Shown here: positions 1-10,722 of the stretch, piece after piece
Layout: each line of letters opens with the position of its first letter
Numbering within the stretch: position 1 is the first letter of the stretch
From: Candidatus Eiseniibacteriota bacterium
GTDB taxonomy: Bacteria > Eisenbacteria > RBG-16-71-46 > CAZEPH01
Direction: 5' to 3'
Assembly: GCA_044229145.1 (NCBI GenBank)
Contig: JBGATO010000008.1
Coordinates: forward strand, 17,218 to 81,217
Length of the DNA stretch: 64,000 nucleotides
Notes under the pieces: model-generated
Seen by the model: only the letters and a program-made list of their open reading frames with translations
Databases searched by the model: none
What the model was told of the DNA's origin: nothing
Made by a program: the position numbers and the translations under genes

Positions 1-3000
1 CCGCATTGGCGCACCGGCGTGGTGGCGCCGATGATGTTCTGCGTGATCGTCGTCCCGGTCGTCTTGGTCGAGGAGGACCCTTGCGAGAAAACGCCGAACG
101 CGCAGCCGTCGATGGCGCAGTTCTGCACCGTGTTGTTGTTATTGCCGGTGCCCTGACTCGACTGGGAGATCAGCGTCGACCCGAAGCCGACCCCGCAGAA
201 CGTCGCAGAGGCGCCCAGTGAGTTGCCCTGCAGGTTCAGGTTCTTGAAGGTCAGATTGGTGGCGCCGTTCGAACCGGTGGCGGTCTGCGCCCAGAGCACT
301 GCGCTCCCGAAAACGGTGCTGGTGTTGAACAGCGTCCAGTCGCGCGACGTGCCGCCATTGTTCGATCCGTCGAAGGTGAGGAAGTCGCAGCCGTTGAACA
401 CGAAAAGTGGGGACGTGCTGGTGGCGACGATGGATACCGCGTGTCCGGCGGACGGCGCGAAGGTGACGGTGTTCACCGCGCTCGATCCGCTGTTCGCGTT
501 GATCGTCAGCGGGAAGGTCTCGCTATACGCATTGTTCACGAGCAGGAAGGTCACGGGACCGACGAGTACCTTCGCGTTCAGGTCCGCCACCGCCGCGGTG
601 AGCGTGGCGTAGTCGGCGCCGGCGCCGACGGTGAACGTGCCGGCGAGTGTCCCGATGATCGTGTAGCTGCTCGGCGTCGTCGGCGGCGTCGACACCGCGG
701 GTGGGTTGGCTGTGAAGCCCGCGGCGCCGGCCGACGGATTGACGCTCAGGTTCGGCGTCGATGCGACGTCCTGCGCCACGATGTAGTAGGAGACGACGTT
801 GCCCGCGACCACACCACTGCCGAACGAAAACTGATACTGGTCGCCGCCGAGTGACACGCCAGTGGCCGGCTGATACGCGCCGGCATTGATGCGCCAGTAC
901 AGCACCGGGAGGCCGACGCCGCTCGCAGGCACCCCGCCGCCGTCGGCGATCGTCGCGGTCAGCGTCTGCGCCGCGAGCGAGATCGTGTTGGCGAGCGGCG
1001 TGTAGACGATGACCGGCGCGGTGACGTCGATGCCGGTGAAGGTGCCGGCATCGGCGCCGAGGTCGACCGGCGTGAGACCGGCGCGGCTCTGCCCGTCGAA
1101 ATCGTCGGTGACGGACGCTTGCGCGATGCCGGAATGCTCGATCGGCGTTGCGGCCGCGCCGTCGATGTGGAGATCGACGACGCCCGCGGCCCCGGTGGCG
1201 TTCACGAACTTCGGGTCGCCCGAGATGCTCGAGAGGTCGAGGCCGGTGGCCGTCTGCCATGCGGCGAGCGTCGTCTGGTCCCCTCCGTTGAACCGCCCGA
1301 CCGCGCCGTTGGTGCCGCTGACGAACAGGTCGTTGTAGCTACAGGTGAGGCCGGCCGGATTCGGCGTGGTGCCGCCGACCGCGATCGCATAGTGCCGCGA
1401 GGTGCCGGAGACCGAGTTCGATCGTGCGTTCCAGAAGATGTTGTCCTGGATGACCCGCGTGCCCGAGGTGACGCTGCTCGTGAACGCGAAGGTGTTGAGG
1501 CTCGGGGTGCCGACGGCCGTGCCGCCGACGAAGACCGAATTGTGCAGGTAGGAGGAAGAGCCGCCCGCCTCGTTGATGCCGAACATGCCGCAGGGTGTCG
1601 CGATCGACGCGCCGTTGGCGTCCACGCCGACGCGGATCATGTTGTTTTGGTAGGTGATGGTGCCGGCCTGCACCGAGATGCCCGTGATCGACGCGCCTGT
1701 GCTCGTGCTCGCCACCGACAGGCTGTGCACGAAGTTGCGCGACACCAGATTCGTGCCCGAAGACGGACCGGACACCAGCATGCCGTAGACGGTGGATGAT
1801 GCGCTGGTCGCGCTCGTCGACAGTGTGTGCACCACGTTCTGGCTGATCGTCACCGGCGCGGTCGTACTGGTGCTCAGGAGGCCGATCACGGGGGCGCTCG
1901 TGAAGCTGAAGAAGGACGTGGTGGCCGCCGACAGCATGCGGATCGTGTTGCCGGTCACCGTCGCACTCGGCCCGCTGCAGACGATGCCTCGCGTCTGTGC
2001 GATCCCACCGCCGGTGTAGCCGTTCGCGAGGTTCGCCACCGTGTTGCCGCTCACGGTGCACGCGAGCGAGGCCTGATTGTCGATGCCGGTGATGTTCGAC
2101 GCCCCGCTGGTCGCCGGCACCGCGATGCTGCTCGCGGTGCTCAGACTGCCGACGAGATTGCCAGAGACCGTGGCGCCCGCGCTGCCCACGGCGATGCCGG
2201 TGAAGGAGTGGGCGTTGCTGGTCGAAGAGCCGCCCACCGTGATCGACCCGATGGTGTTGTTCGCGATCGTGGAGGCGGGCGACGAGGAGCCGGACGATGC
2301 CACGATGCCGTAACTCACGCCGGCCGTCGTCGTCGTGCCGGTGAGCACGATCGAGCCGGTTCCGGTCCCCGCGCCGATGGTGTTGCCGGTGACCGTGCCG
2401 ACGAGAGACGGCGTGCTGGCGCGGATGCCGCACCACGTCCCCGGAAGCGAGAAGAGCGCCGTACTGGACGTCCACGCGAAGTTCGCGACCGTGTTGCCCT
2501 GAATGCTGACGGTCGACGACAGTCCGGCCGCCGCCGCATCGATGCCGATGAATCGCGCCGCGCCGCTGGAGACCGTCCACGGCGCGCCGCCCGCGTTCGG
2601 TGCGGAGCCGCCGATCACGTTGCCGCTGAGCAGGATGCCGGTGGCCGACGCACTCGCCCCCACCAGGATCGCCTCGTGGATCGAGGCCGTGGGAGCGGCC
2701 CGCGACACCGTCTGATAGAAGCTGTTGCCGGACACGGTGCACCCGTTGACGCCGGCCCCGATCCGCACGCCCGCCGATCCGGAGGCGTCGTTGAAGAAGT
2801 TGAAGATGTTGCAGCCGGTGACCGTGCAGCCGTCGTTCGGGGTAAGTGTCGATCCGGACAGCAGCACGCCGTTGAGCGGCGTCGTGGCGCCGTCACCGAC
2901 GTCGCAGGTGCTCAGGGCGATGGCGTCGTTGCCGTTGGCGCCGGTAGTCGTCCCGATCACCACCACGCCACCCGAGGTGGACGTGTTGACGCCGCGCAGC

Positions 3001-4412
3001 GTGACGAAGGTCAGCGCGTCGTCGTGCGATTCGTTCTGGAAGCGGACGGCGATGCCGCTGGTGGATGTGTTCTCGACCGTCAGGTGCTTGGCAGTGCCGG
3101 CGCCGCCGGGGCGGCCGTCGACCGTCGTGAAGGAGGCGCCCTGGAAGTCGAGCGTCGCGGTGGCGCTGCCCGAGGTCAGCGTGAGGTTGGTGGCGCCGGT
3201 CTGCGGGCGGATCGTCAGCGTGTTGGTGGCGCTGGCGCCCGGCACGGGGCCGACCACCACCGGGAAGCCCGGCTCGGCAGCGCTGGTGTAGCCGGATTGC
3301 AGTTCGAGCGCGAGCGCGCCGCCCACGCCGACGGTCGCGACGTCCGCGAGGGCCGCGGTGAGGCTCGCATAGGTGCCGGTCGGACCGACGCTCCGCACGC
3401 CGGACAGCGGCGCCACGGTGCCTTGCGTGCCGGTCGCCGCGCCCGCGCTGAGCGAGCCGCTGGAGACCGCGAACACCTTCCAGAAGTACGTGGTGCCCGG
3501 GGTGAGCCCGGTGACAGCGCCCGAGGTCGCGTTCGCCGCCGTCTGGGCGGCGAAGTCGTAGGTGATGCCGTCGAGCGAGCGGAAGATGGCGTAGCCCGCT
3601 TCGTTGCTGGCGTTGTCCGTCCACGTCAGGGTCATGCCGAAGGCGCCGATCGCCGTGAAACCGAGGCCGGTGGGGTCCGCAGGTACCGGCGGCGTGAAGC
3701 CGTACGCCGTGCCCGCCGCGATCGCGGCGGTGTTCGCGTTGTCGGCGGTCGTGTAGCTCACCGTCCCGGCGGACGCGGTCACGCTGGCGAGCGAGTTCAC
3801 GGCCGAGCTGAACCCGATCGAGGCACCGCCATCGGCCGTGTTGAGCGCCATGCCGCTGCCGTAGACGATGTCGACACGCCCGCCGCCTTCCGACAGCCAC
3901 AGCTGAAAGGTCGCGGCGCCGGGCTGACCGAAGCCGACCCGCGGCACCTGCATGTTCTGCCACTCGATCACCAGCTTGCGGGCCGGCGTGCTGCCGACCA
4001 CCTTGGCGCGGACGGAGCCGTTGGTGCCGGTCATCAGGTTGTCCCAGTACGGCGCTACCTGCGGCATGTTGTTGGTGAAGGTGAGGTCGTTGATGAGGTC
4101 GAGGATCGGCGTGGACCCGAACCGCATGGAGCCGTCGGTGCAGACGGAGTACTGCGTCTGCCGCACGCCCGCGAACCAGAAGTCGAACCCGATGTTCTGG
4201 ACCGTCGAGACGCTGTTGTCCTGGTCGCTGCCGATCAACTGCGTGGCCCCGGTCATGTCCTCGAGGACGGCTCCGGAGGACACCGCGAAGGGGTAACTGG
4301 ACGCGGTGATGGCTTGGGCATGTGCCCGCTGCGGCACGAGGCACGCCAGGGGCAGGAGCACCAGCAACGGAAGCCGGACGCATAGCGCACGGAGGCGGAG
4401 TCGGGAGCGCAT
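1..4412 (-). CDS. Large secreted surface/adhesin-like protein (>1470 aa, 3' end outside the window), with FN3-like and parallel beta-helix-like segments
   Basis: Not in the ORF track because it runs off the window. ATG at 4412 gives MRSRLRLRALCVRLPLLVLLPLACLVPQRAHA-QAITASSYPF (signal peptide with AxA site). Strong GC3 codon pattern, Thr/Gly/Asn-rich beta repeats, and a repeated GTxTVG..YATLTAA.AD motif. Confidence 0.8.
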   Translation of the reverse strand, partial: MRSRLRLRALCVRLPLLVLLPLACLVPQRAHAQAITASSYPFAVSSGAVLEDMTGATQLIGSDQDNSVSTVQNIGFDFWFAGVRQTQYSVCTDGSMRFGSTPILDLINDLTFTNNMPQVAPYWDNLMTGTNGSVRAKVVGSTPARKLVIEWQNMQVPRVGFGQPGAATFQLWLSEGGGRVDIVYGSGMALNTADGGASIGFSSAVNSLASVTASAGTVSYTTADNANTAAIAAGTAYGFTPPVPADPTGLGFTAIGAFGMTLTWTDNASNEAGYAIFRSLDGITYDFAAQTAANATSGAVTGLTPGTTYFWKVFAVSSGSLSAGAATGTQGTVAPLSGVRSVGPTGTYASLTAALADVATVGVGGALALELQSGYTSAAEPGFPVVVGPVPGASATNTLTIRPQTGATNLTLTSGSATATLDFQGASFTTVDGRPGGAGTAKHLTVENTSTSGIAVRFQNESHDDALTFVTLRGVNTSTSGGVVVIGTTTGANGNDAIALSTCDVGDGATTPLNGVLLSGSTLTPNDGCTVTGCNIFNFFNDASGSAGVRIGAGVNGCTVSGNSFYQTVSRAAPTASIHEAILVGASASATGILLSGNVIGGSAPNAGGAPWTVSSGAARFIGIDAAAAGLSSTVSIQGNTVANFAWTSSTALFSLPGTWCGIRASTPSLVGTVTGNTIGAGTGTGSIVLTGTTTTAGVSYGIVASSGSSSPASTIANNTIGSITVGGSSTSNAHSFTGIAVGSAGATVSGNLVGSLSTASSIAVPATSGASNITGIDNQASLACTVSGNTVANLANGYTGGGIAQTRGIVCSGPSATVTGNTIRMLSAATTSFFSFTSAPVIGLLSTSTTAPVTISQNVVHTLSTSATSASSTVYGMLVSGPSSGTNLVSRNFVHSLSVASTSTGASITGISVQAGTITYQNNMIRVGVDANGASIATPCGMFGINEAGGSSSYLHNSVFVGGTAVGTPSLNTFAFTSSVTSGTRVIQDNIFWNARSNSVSGTSRHYAIAVGGTTPNPAGLTCSYNDLFVSGTNGAVGRFNGGDQTTLAAWQTATGLDLSSISGDPKFVNATGAAGVVDLHIDGAAATPIEHSGIAQASVTDDFDGQSRAGLTPVDLGADAGTFTGIDVTAPVIVYTPLANTISLAAQTLTATIADGGGVPASGVGLPVLYWRINAGAYQPATGVSLGGDQYQFSFGSGVVAGNVVSYYIVAQDVASTPNLSVNPSAGAAGFTANPPAVSTPPTTPSSYTIIGTLAGTFTVGAGADYATLTAAVADLNAKVLVGPVTFLLVNNAYSETFPLTINANSGSSAVNTVTFAPSAGHAVSIVATSTSPLFVFNGCDFLTFDGSNNGGTSRDWTLFNTSTVFGSAVLWAQTATGSNGATNLTFKNLNLQGNSLGASATFCGVGFGSTLISQSSQGTGNNNNTVQNCAIDGCAFGVFSQGSSSTKTTGTTITQNIIGATTPVRQC

Positions 4413-4790
4413 GGAAAGTTTCCTGATGGTTGGGACCTGTCCCGCCAGGGACGGCAACGCGCGTGGGGCGGCAGGGCGCGGAGACGGCCGTGGGGCGGGC
4501 ACGGATGCTCAGGGCGGGGATCCCGGTGGGATCGTCCGAAGTGCTGTCGGGTGAGGAGTACGACTGATGGCCGGAGGGGCTCCAAGGGGAGCGCGATCCT
4601 CCGCAGACCCACGGAGTTTACCGGGCTGAGATCGACCCGGTCAATTCTGGAAGGGGGAGTTGGGAGTGAAGGCCGCGATGGTTCTCGACGCCCGCGCCGC
4701 CCCTGTGTAGGATACCGCCTCTCTCTCCCCGGCCGCCCGCGGCGGCGCGGGGCAACGGCTTGTATCGCATTCCGATCGAGGCGCTGACTC

Positions 4791-5417
4791 GTGAGCGACA
4801 GAACACCGGAAATCCTGCGCGGCGCGATCCCTGTTCCGGCCGGCATGGACGCGGCCACCGCCGCCATGACCCAGAAGGCCGACGCCGACATCGACGCCGC
4901 GCCGATGGGCAAGGGCTGGATGGTCACCACACTGGATGCGGCGGTCGCCTGGGGACGCAAGAACGCCCTATGGCCGTACGCGTTCGGCACCGCCTGCTGC
5001 GCCATCGAGTTCATGGGTGTGGTGGACGCCCACTACGACATCGCCCGCTTCGGCGCCGAGGTGTTGCGGTTCTCGCCACGCCAGGCGGACATGATGCTGG
5101 TGGCCGGCACCATCACCGACAAGATGGGTCCGGTGCTGCGCAAGGTCTACGAGCAGATGCTCGAGCCCAAGTACGTCATCGCCATGGGCGTCTGCGCGTC
5201 GAGCGGCGGCTTCTACCGCTCGTACCACGTGATGCAGGGCATCGACGAGGTGGTGCCGGTGGACGTCTACGTCCCGGGCTGCCCGCCGACGCCGGAAGGT
5301 CTGATCGACGCCGTCATCAAGTTGCAGCAGCGCATCCAGAAGGGCGAGAACGCCCGCGCTGTCGACCGCCGGATCGTGCCCGCCGGCCACATCATCGCCA
5401 AGGGTGGCACGCACTAG
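4791..5417 (+). CDS. nuoB: NADH-quinone oxidoreductase subunit B
   Basis: [25 protein letters not shown] and PGCPPTPE motifs (N2 cluster ligands). Confidence 0.95.
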   Translation: MSDRTPEILRGAIPVPAGMDAATAAMTQKADADIDAAPMGKGWMVTTLDAAVAWGRKNALWPYAFGTACCAIEFMGVVDAHYDIARFGAEVLRFSPRQADMMLVAGTITDKMGPVLRKVYEQMLEPKYVIAMGVCASSGGFYRSYHVMQGIDEVVPVDVYVPGCPPTPEGLIDAVIKLQQRIQKGENARAVDRRIVPAGHIIAKGGTH

Positions 5418-5430
5418 CCCGGAGCTTCGC

Positions 5431-6012
5431 ATGTCCTCGACGCAGCTTCCCCAGACGCACGCCGCCCACGTCGCCCTCGACGTGTTGCGCGAGTGCTGTC
5501 CCGACGCCATCCTCGGTGTGACCGAGGAGTTCGGCGACCTCGCGGTGACGCTCGACAAGTCGGTCGCGGTGCAGGCCTGCACGGCGCTGCGCGACGACGC
5601 CCGCACGCGGTTCGACATGTTCCTCGACCTGTGCGGCGTGGACTGGTACGAGAACCGCGACGTGCGCTTCGACGTCGTCCTCCACCTCTACTCGGTGGCG
5701 AAGAATCATCGCCTGCGCGTGATCTTCCCGGTCGGCGAGGGCGAGGAGATCGCCACGCTGGTCGGCGTGTGGAAGGGCACCAACTGGTTCGAGCGCGAGT
5801 GCTGGGACATGTACGGCATCGTGTTCGCCGGCCACCCGTGGCTCAAGCGGATCCTCACGCACGAAGACTTCAAGGGCCACCCGCTGCGCAAGGACTACGA
5901 CCCGACGCTGCGCCACCCGTACAGCGGCGACGCCGATCTGCCGCAGCGGTTGTTCGACGCCGAGATGGGCGCGGGCGAACTGGCGCCCTTGCCGGATGGG
6001 AGGATGCGCTAG
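5431..6012 (+). CDS. nuoC: NADH-quinone oxidoreductase subunit C
   Basis: NWFERECWDMYGIVFAGHP...HPLRKDY signature. ATG at 5431 after GGAG. Confidence 0.93.
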   Translation: MSSTQLPQTHAAHVALDVLRECCPDAILGVTEEFGDLAVTLDKSVAVQACTALRDDARTRFDMFLDLCGVDWYENRDVRFDVVLHLYSVAKNHRLRVIFPVGEGEEIATLVGVWKGTNWFERECWDMYGIVFAGHPWLKRILTHEDFKGHPLRKDYDPTLRHPYSGDADLPQRLFDAEMGAGELAPLPDGRMR

Positions 6013-6014
6013 TC

Positions 6015-7214
6015 ATGAATCCGCACGAGCTCGCGGCGCCCGTCCAGACGCCGGAACGCGTCCTCATCAACATCGGCCCGGGCCACCCGGCCACCCACGG
6101 CACCTTCCGCGTCACCACCGTGCTCGAGGGCGAGCGCGTCGTCGACTCCTACACGCAGATCGGCTACTTGCACCGCTGCATGGAGAAGATGTCGGAGACG
6201 CACTCGTATCTCCAGATCATGCCGTTCACCGATCGTCTCAACTACTGCTCGTCGTTCATGAACAACGTCGGGTACGCGATGACGATGGAGAAGATGCTCG
6301 GCCTCGAAATCCCGCCGAAGGCGATGTACGTCCGCGTGATCCTCTCCGAGTGGAGCCGCATCATGGACCACTTGGTGTGCATCACGACGAACATCGTCGA
6401 CCTCGGCGCGATCACGCCGTTCTGGTACGGCTTCGTGGTGCGCGAGATGATCTACGGCTTGCTCGAAGCCTGCTGCGGCGCCCGCCTCACCGTGAACTAC
6501 GCGCGCATCGGCGGCCTGTCCGACGACATCCCGTCCGACTTCGTGGCGATGAACCGCAAGATCCTGTCGATGATGGACCAGCTGTTCACCGACATCCACG
6601 AACTCAACACCAAGAACCGCATCTTCAACGAGCGCACCCGCGGCGTCGGCCCGATGACGCCGGAGAACGCGATCGCCTGGGGCTGGACCGGCCCGGTGCT
6701 GCGCGCCGCCGGCGTCGCCTACGACGTGCGCAAGGCGGAGCCCTACTACGACTACGACAAGTTCGAGTGGGACGTGCCCGTCGGCACCACCGGCGACACC
6801 TACGACCGCTACCTGGTGCGCATGGAGGAGATCCGCCAGAGCATCCGCATCATCGAGCAGGCGCTGGCCGGCCTGCCCGAGGGCGACTGGTGTGTGAAGA
6901 ACCCCGGCGTCGCGCTGCCGCCGAAGGACGAGGTCTACCACACGATCGAAGGCTTGATGGATCACTTCAAGCTGATCATGCACGGCATCCACGTGCCGGC
7001 GGGCCAGACCTACTGCGCCACCGAGGCCGCCAACGGCGAACTCGGCTACTACATCATCAGCGACGGCGGCAAGAACCCGTACCGCCTGCACGTGCGGCCG
7101 CCATGCTTCGCGATCTTCCAGGCCTTCGACGAAATGCTGAAGGGCTGCTACGTCGCGGACCTCGTCGCCATCCTCGGCTCGATCAACATCGTGGCCGGCG
7201 AACTCGAACGCTAG
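6015..7214 (+). CDS. nuoD: NADH-quinone oxidoreductase subunit D
   Basis: NIGPGHPATHG, GYLHRCMEK, TDRLNY and C-terminal GSINIVAGELER. Confidence 0.95.
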   Translation: MNPHELAAPVQTPERVLINIGPGHPATHGTFRVTTVLEGERVVDSYTQIGYLHRCMEKMSETHSYLQIMPFTDRLNYCSSFMNNVGYAMTMEKMLGLEIPPKAMYVRVILSEWSRIMDHLVCITTNIVDLGAITPFWYGFVVREMIYGLLEACCGARLTVNYARIGGLSDDIPSDFVAMNRKILSMMDQLFTDIHELNTKNRIFNERTRGVGPMTPENAIAWGWTGPVLRAAGVAYDVRKAEPYYDYDKFEWDVPVGTTGDTYDRYLVRMEEIRQSIRIIEQALAGLPEGDWCVKNPGVALPPKDEVYHTIEGLMDHFKLIMHGIHVPAGQTYCATEAANGELGYYIISDGGKNPYRLHVRPPCFAIFQAFDEMLKGCYVADLVAILGSINIVAGELER

Positions 7215-7231
7215 GAAAGGACCTCACTGGC

Positions 7232-8530
7232 GTGCCGATCCGAAACCTCGTCACCGAGAACATCGACAAGCCGGGCGTGCGGACGCTCGACGGATACCGC
7301 GGCGTCGGCGGCTACGAGACGCTCGCCCAAGTGCTGCGCGACAAGCCGGAGCCGGCGTCCATCACCGAGCAGGTGAAGGCGTCCGGGCTGCGCGGCCGCG
7401 GCGGCGCCGGCTTCCCGACCGGCATGAAGTGGGGCTTCATCCCGAAGGACGCCGACACCGTCTATCTCGTCTGCAACGCCGACGAGAGCGAGCCCGGCAC
7501 CTTCAAGGACAAGGTCATCATCGACCTCATGCCGCACCGCTTGCTCGAAGGCATGGCGATCGCGGCGTACGCGCTCAAGTGCCGCACCTCGTTCATCTAC
7601 ATCCGCGGCGAAATGGCCGAGGGCGCGCGCATCCTCGAGGCCGCGGTGGCCGAGGCGAAGGCCGCGGGCCTGCTCGGCGAGAACATCCTCGGCAGCGGCT
7701 GGTCGCACGACATCGTCGTGTTCCGCGGCGCCGGCGCGTATGTCTGTGGCGAGGAGACCGGACTGCTCGAGTCGCTCGAGGGCAAGCGCGGCTACCCGCG
7801 CATCAAGCCGCCGTTCCCCGCCATCAAGGGTCTGTACGGCAAGCCGACGGTGGTCAACAACGTCGAGACGCTGGCCGTGGTGCCGTGGATCGTCAAGCAC
7901 GGCGGCGCCGCGTATGCCGCGATCGGCACGCCGAAGTCGACCGGCACCAAGATGTTCAGCGTGTGCGGCGACGTCGTGAAGCCGGGTGTCTACGAGATCG
8001 TCATGGGTGAGACCACCATGAAGGAGATGATCTACGACATCTGCGGCGGCATCCGCGACGGCATGAAGTTGAAGGCGGTGATTCCGGGCGGGTCCTCGGT
8101 GCCGGTGCTCACCGCCGCCGAGTGCGAGAACGTGACGCTTGACTACGAAGGCATCCAGGCGGCCGGCTCGCTGCTCGGCTCGGGCGGCATGATCGTCTAC
8201 GCCGACTGCCAGGACATGGTGGAATCGCTCAGCGTGTTGCTCGAGTTCTACGCCGACGAGTCGTGCGGCCAGTGCACGCCGTGCCGCGAAGGCTCCGGCT
8301 GGACGAACCGCATCGTGCACAAGATCCTCGAAGGCAAGGGCACGCACGAGGACTTGAAGACGCTCGAGGACCTCGCGTTCAACGCGTCCGGCCGTACCAT
8401 CTGCGCGCTGGCCGACGCGTGGGCGATGCCGATCCAGTCGCACCTCCAGCGCTTCCGTCACGAGTTCGTCGACTACATCGAGGGCCGCAAGGTGCGCCAC
8501 GGCGACCTGATCGCGGCGGCTCACCACTAG
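7232..8530 (+). CDS. nuoF: NADH-quinone oxidoreductase subunit F (FMN, NADH-binding)
   Basis: GLRGRGGAGFPTG, NADESEPG, GAYVCGEET and ESCGQCTPCREG. GTG start after AAGGA. Confidence 0.95.
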   Translation: MPIRNLVTENIDKPGVRTLDGYRGVGGYETLAQVLRDKPEPASITEQVKASGLRGRGGAGFPTGMKWGFIPKDADTVYLVCNADESEPGTFKDKVIIDLMPHRLLEGMAIAAYALKCRTSFIYIRGEMAEGARILEAAVAEAKAAGLLGENILGSGWSHDIVVFRGAGAYVCGEETGLLESLEGKRGYPRIKPPFPAIKGLYGKPTVVNNVETLAVVPWIVKHGGAAYAAIGTPKSTGTKMFSVCGDVVKPGVYEIVMGETTMKEMIYDICGGIRDGMKLKAVIPGGSSVPVLTAAECENVTLDYEGIQAAGSLLGSGGMIVYADCQDMVESLSVLLEFYADESCGQCTPCREGSGWTNRIVHKILEGKGTHEDLKTLEDLAFNASGRTICALADAWAMPIQSHLQRFRHEFVDYIEGRKVRHGDLIAAAHH

Positions 8531-9502
8531 GTGGCGCACGCCGCGGCTCTGGACCCGCGCGAGGCGGAAGTCCTCGCCGACATGGAGCCGCGGGTCAGGG
8601 TTCTCACGGCGGCGCACGAGCACAAGCGCACGCTGTGGTTTCCCGCCGATCTGCTCGACCTGGCGTGCGGCGACGATCCGGCTGCCGTCCACGCCGAACG
8701 CCGGGCACGCGCCGCCGGTTTGAGCGGTCCGGCTCGCGCCGCCATGATCCTCGGGCTCATCACTGAGGAAGGTCTGCCGCACTTCCACAAGATGGTCGCG
8801 GATCACTTCGGCGAGGGCAGCGCCTGGGTCGGGTGGCGCGACCTGTGGACCGCCGAGGAAGAGCGCCACGGTGCCGTGTTGCAGCTCTACTTCCGCGAGG
8901 CCGGTGTGTTCGACCTCGCGCGGATCCAGCGCCTGCAGTTCGACTATCTACGCGCGGGCTTCTATCCGGCGTGGCGCGCCCGCGATCCGTACAGCATGCT
9001 CGCCTACACGTCGCTCCAAGAACGCGCGACCCAGATCACCCACGCCAACACGGGCAAATTCGTCGAGGATACAGATCCGGCCTTGGCCCGGATCTATCGC
9101 AACATTGCCGCCGATGAAGCGCGGCACTGGGTGTTCTATCGCGCTGCATATCGCGATGCGCTCGCCCGCGATCCCAACGCTGTCCTCGTCGCGACCGCGC
9201 GCGTCATGATCGCGATGGACATGCCAGGGGTGCGGATGGAACGCTTCCCCGAACTCGCCGACGTCGTGAGCCGCGCCGGGGTCTACGGCGCCGAGCATTA
9301 CCGTGGCATCGTCGAGGAGCTCATTGCGTTCTGGGATCTCGCCGCGCTCACTGGGCTGTCGCCCGAAGGGCGCCAGGCGCTCGACACGATTCTCGCGCTC
9401 CCGGCGCGCCTGGCCAAGCTGGCTGTACACGCGCGCGCGCGCCGCAAGCCGCGCGCATTCGACCTCTCGGACTTGGGGGCGCTCACGTTCGAGATGGCGT
9501 AG
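8531..9502 (+). CDS. Acyl-ACP desaturase family di-iron protein, copy 1
   Basis: TEEGLPHF, WTAEEERHG, LQERAT and ADEARH motifs (ferritin-like FA_desaturase_2 ligands). Confidence 0.88.
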   Translation: MAHAAALDPREAEVLADMEPRVRVLTAAHEHKRTLWFPADLLDLACGDDPAAVHAERRARAAGLSGPARAAMILGLITEEGLPHFHKMVADHFGEGSAWVGWRDLWTAEEERHGAVLQLYFREAGVFDLARIQRLQFDYLRAGFYPAWRARDPYSMLAYTSLQERATQITHANTGKFVEDTDPALARIYRNIAADEARHWVFYRAAYRDALARDPNAVLVATARVMIAMDMPGVRMERFPELADVVSRAGVYGAEHYRGIVEELIAFWDLAALTGLSPEGRQALDTILALPARLAKLAVHARARRKPRAFDLSDLGALTFEMA

Positions 9503-9646
9503 CCGGCACTCTGCGCGTCGCGCCTCACTGTGTGCTTCAGCACTACTGCCAGGTGGCCGATACCGCTGTGAGCCGCCCACGCGTCACCATTCTGAACCGC
9601 TGCGAGCGCGCGCGAATCGTTGCCCCAACCACGCGAGGACCCACGG

Positions 9647-10612
9647 ATGGCCCCCGTCACCGCCTGTGCCTCGAAGGCAGACGTTCTGCGTTCGATTGAG
9701 CCCGTCGTCCAGCAATTGGTGGATGCGCATCGCGAGAAACGTCAGCTGTGGTTTCCGTCGGAGTTGCTCGCACCGGCCGAGGGGCAGGAAGTCGATGAGT
9801 TCCTCGCCACGCTTCGCCAGCGTGCGGCCGGCATCGACGGTCCCGCGCGCGTCACCCTCGTCTTGGCTATGCTCACGGAAGAAGGATTGCCGCACTTTCA
9901 CCGGCTCTTCGCGGCCCACATGGGTGACGGGGGCGTGTGGGAGGAGTGGCGCAATCTGTGGACCGCGGAAGAAGAGCGACACGGCATCGTCCTCCAGCAT
10001 TGGGTTCGCGATTCGCGCGCGTTCCATCCTGCCGCCGTCGAGCGAATCCTCTACCTATACCTCACGGAGGGATTCGAGCCCGCGTGGTCCGGCGATCCGT
10101 ACCAAATGCTTGCATACACGAGCATGCAGGAGCGCGCCACGCAGATGACGCACGCAAGCACGGGCCGACTGGTGGGGGAAGTCGAGCCGGTGATCGGCGG
10201 CATCCTGAAGCGGATCGCGACCGAGGAAGCGCGTCACTACGCGTTCTATCGCGCTGCGTTCGCGGAAGTCCTCGCGTGCGATCCGAACGCCGCCGTGCAG
10301 TCGGCCGCCCAGACGATGACGTCGATGGCGATGCCGGGTGCGGCGATGCCACGCTTCGACGAGTTCGCCGACGTGGCGCGCAGGGCTGGCATCTACGGGC
10401 CCGTCGAATACCTGCGCATCGTCGAGGAGCACATCGAGCACTGGCGGATCGCCACGCTCGCCGGATTGGACGGGCAGGGCCGGCAAGCGCAGGCCACGAT
10501 CCTCGCGTTGCCCGCGCGGCTGCGCCGCATGATCGAGATCACGGAGAACCGCCGGCGTCCGCGCAGCTTTGCACTCGCCGACATCTGCCGCCTGGACTTC
10601 GAGATGGTCTGA
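9647..10612 (+). CDS. Acyl-ACP desaturase family di-iron protein, copy 2
   Basis: TEEGLPHF, WTAEEERHG, MQERAT and TEEARH motifs. ATG after GAGGA. Confidence 0.88.
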   Translation: MAPVTACASKADVLRSIEPVVQQLVDAHREKRQLWFPSELLAPAEGQEVDEFLATLRQRAAGIDGPARVTLVLAMLTEEGLPHFHRLFAAHMGDGGVWEEWRNLWTAEEERHGIVLQHWVRDSRAFHPAAVERILYLYLTEGFEPAWSGDPYQMLAYTSMQERATQMTHASTGRLVGEVEPVIGGILKRIATEEARHYAFYRAAFAEVLACDPNAAVQSAAQTMTSMAMPGAAMPRFDEFADVARRAGIYGPVEYLRIVEEHIEHWRIATLAGLDGQGRQAQATILALPARLRRMIEITENRRRPRSFALADICRLDFEMV

Positions 10613-10722
10613 CGGATCTCGACGTGCCGCCGTTCCCCCGCTGTCCGTTCCACCCACGCCTCGGGTATCCTCCGTGAGCCGCTCCCGCATCGAGCCGGAG
10701 CGGAGGCCGCGCGGAGGACGCC

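Noticed and set aside
1827..4385. Long plus-strand ORFs (852 aa here; also 32306-36271 and the minus-strand 42349-45573)
   Set aside because: Arg/Ala/Gly-rich antisense shadows of real genes, typical of high-GC DNA.
4590..4630. c-di-GMP-I riboswitch-like GGTAAACTCCG...CGGAG on the minus strand
   Set aside because: It lacks the GNRA tetraloop and the GCAAAG/receptor elements.
5493..8530. ORF-track N-terminal extensions of nuoD (573 aa) and nuoF (844 aa) suggesting fusions or a hidden nuoE
   Set aside because: The extensions are off-frame overlaps of nuoC and nuoD and contain no NuoE 2Fe-2S motif.
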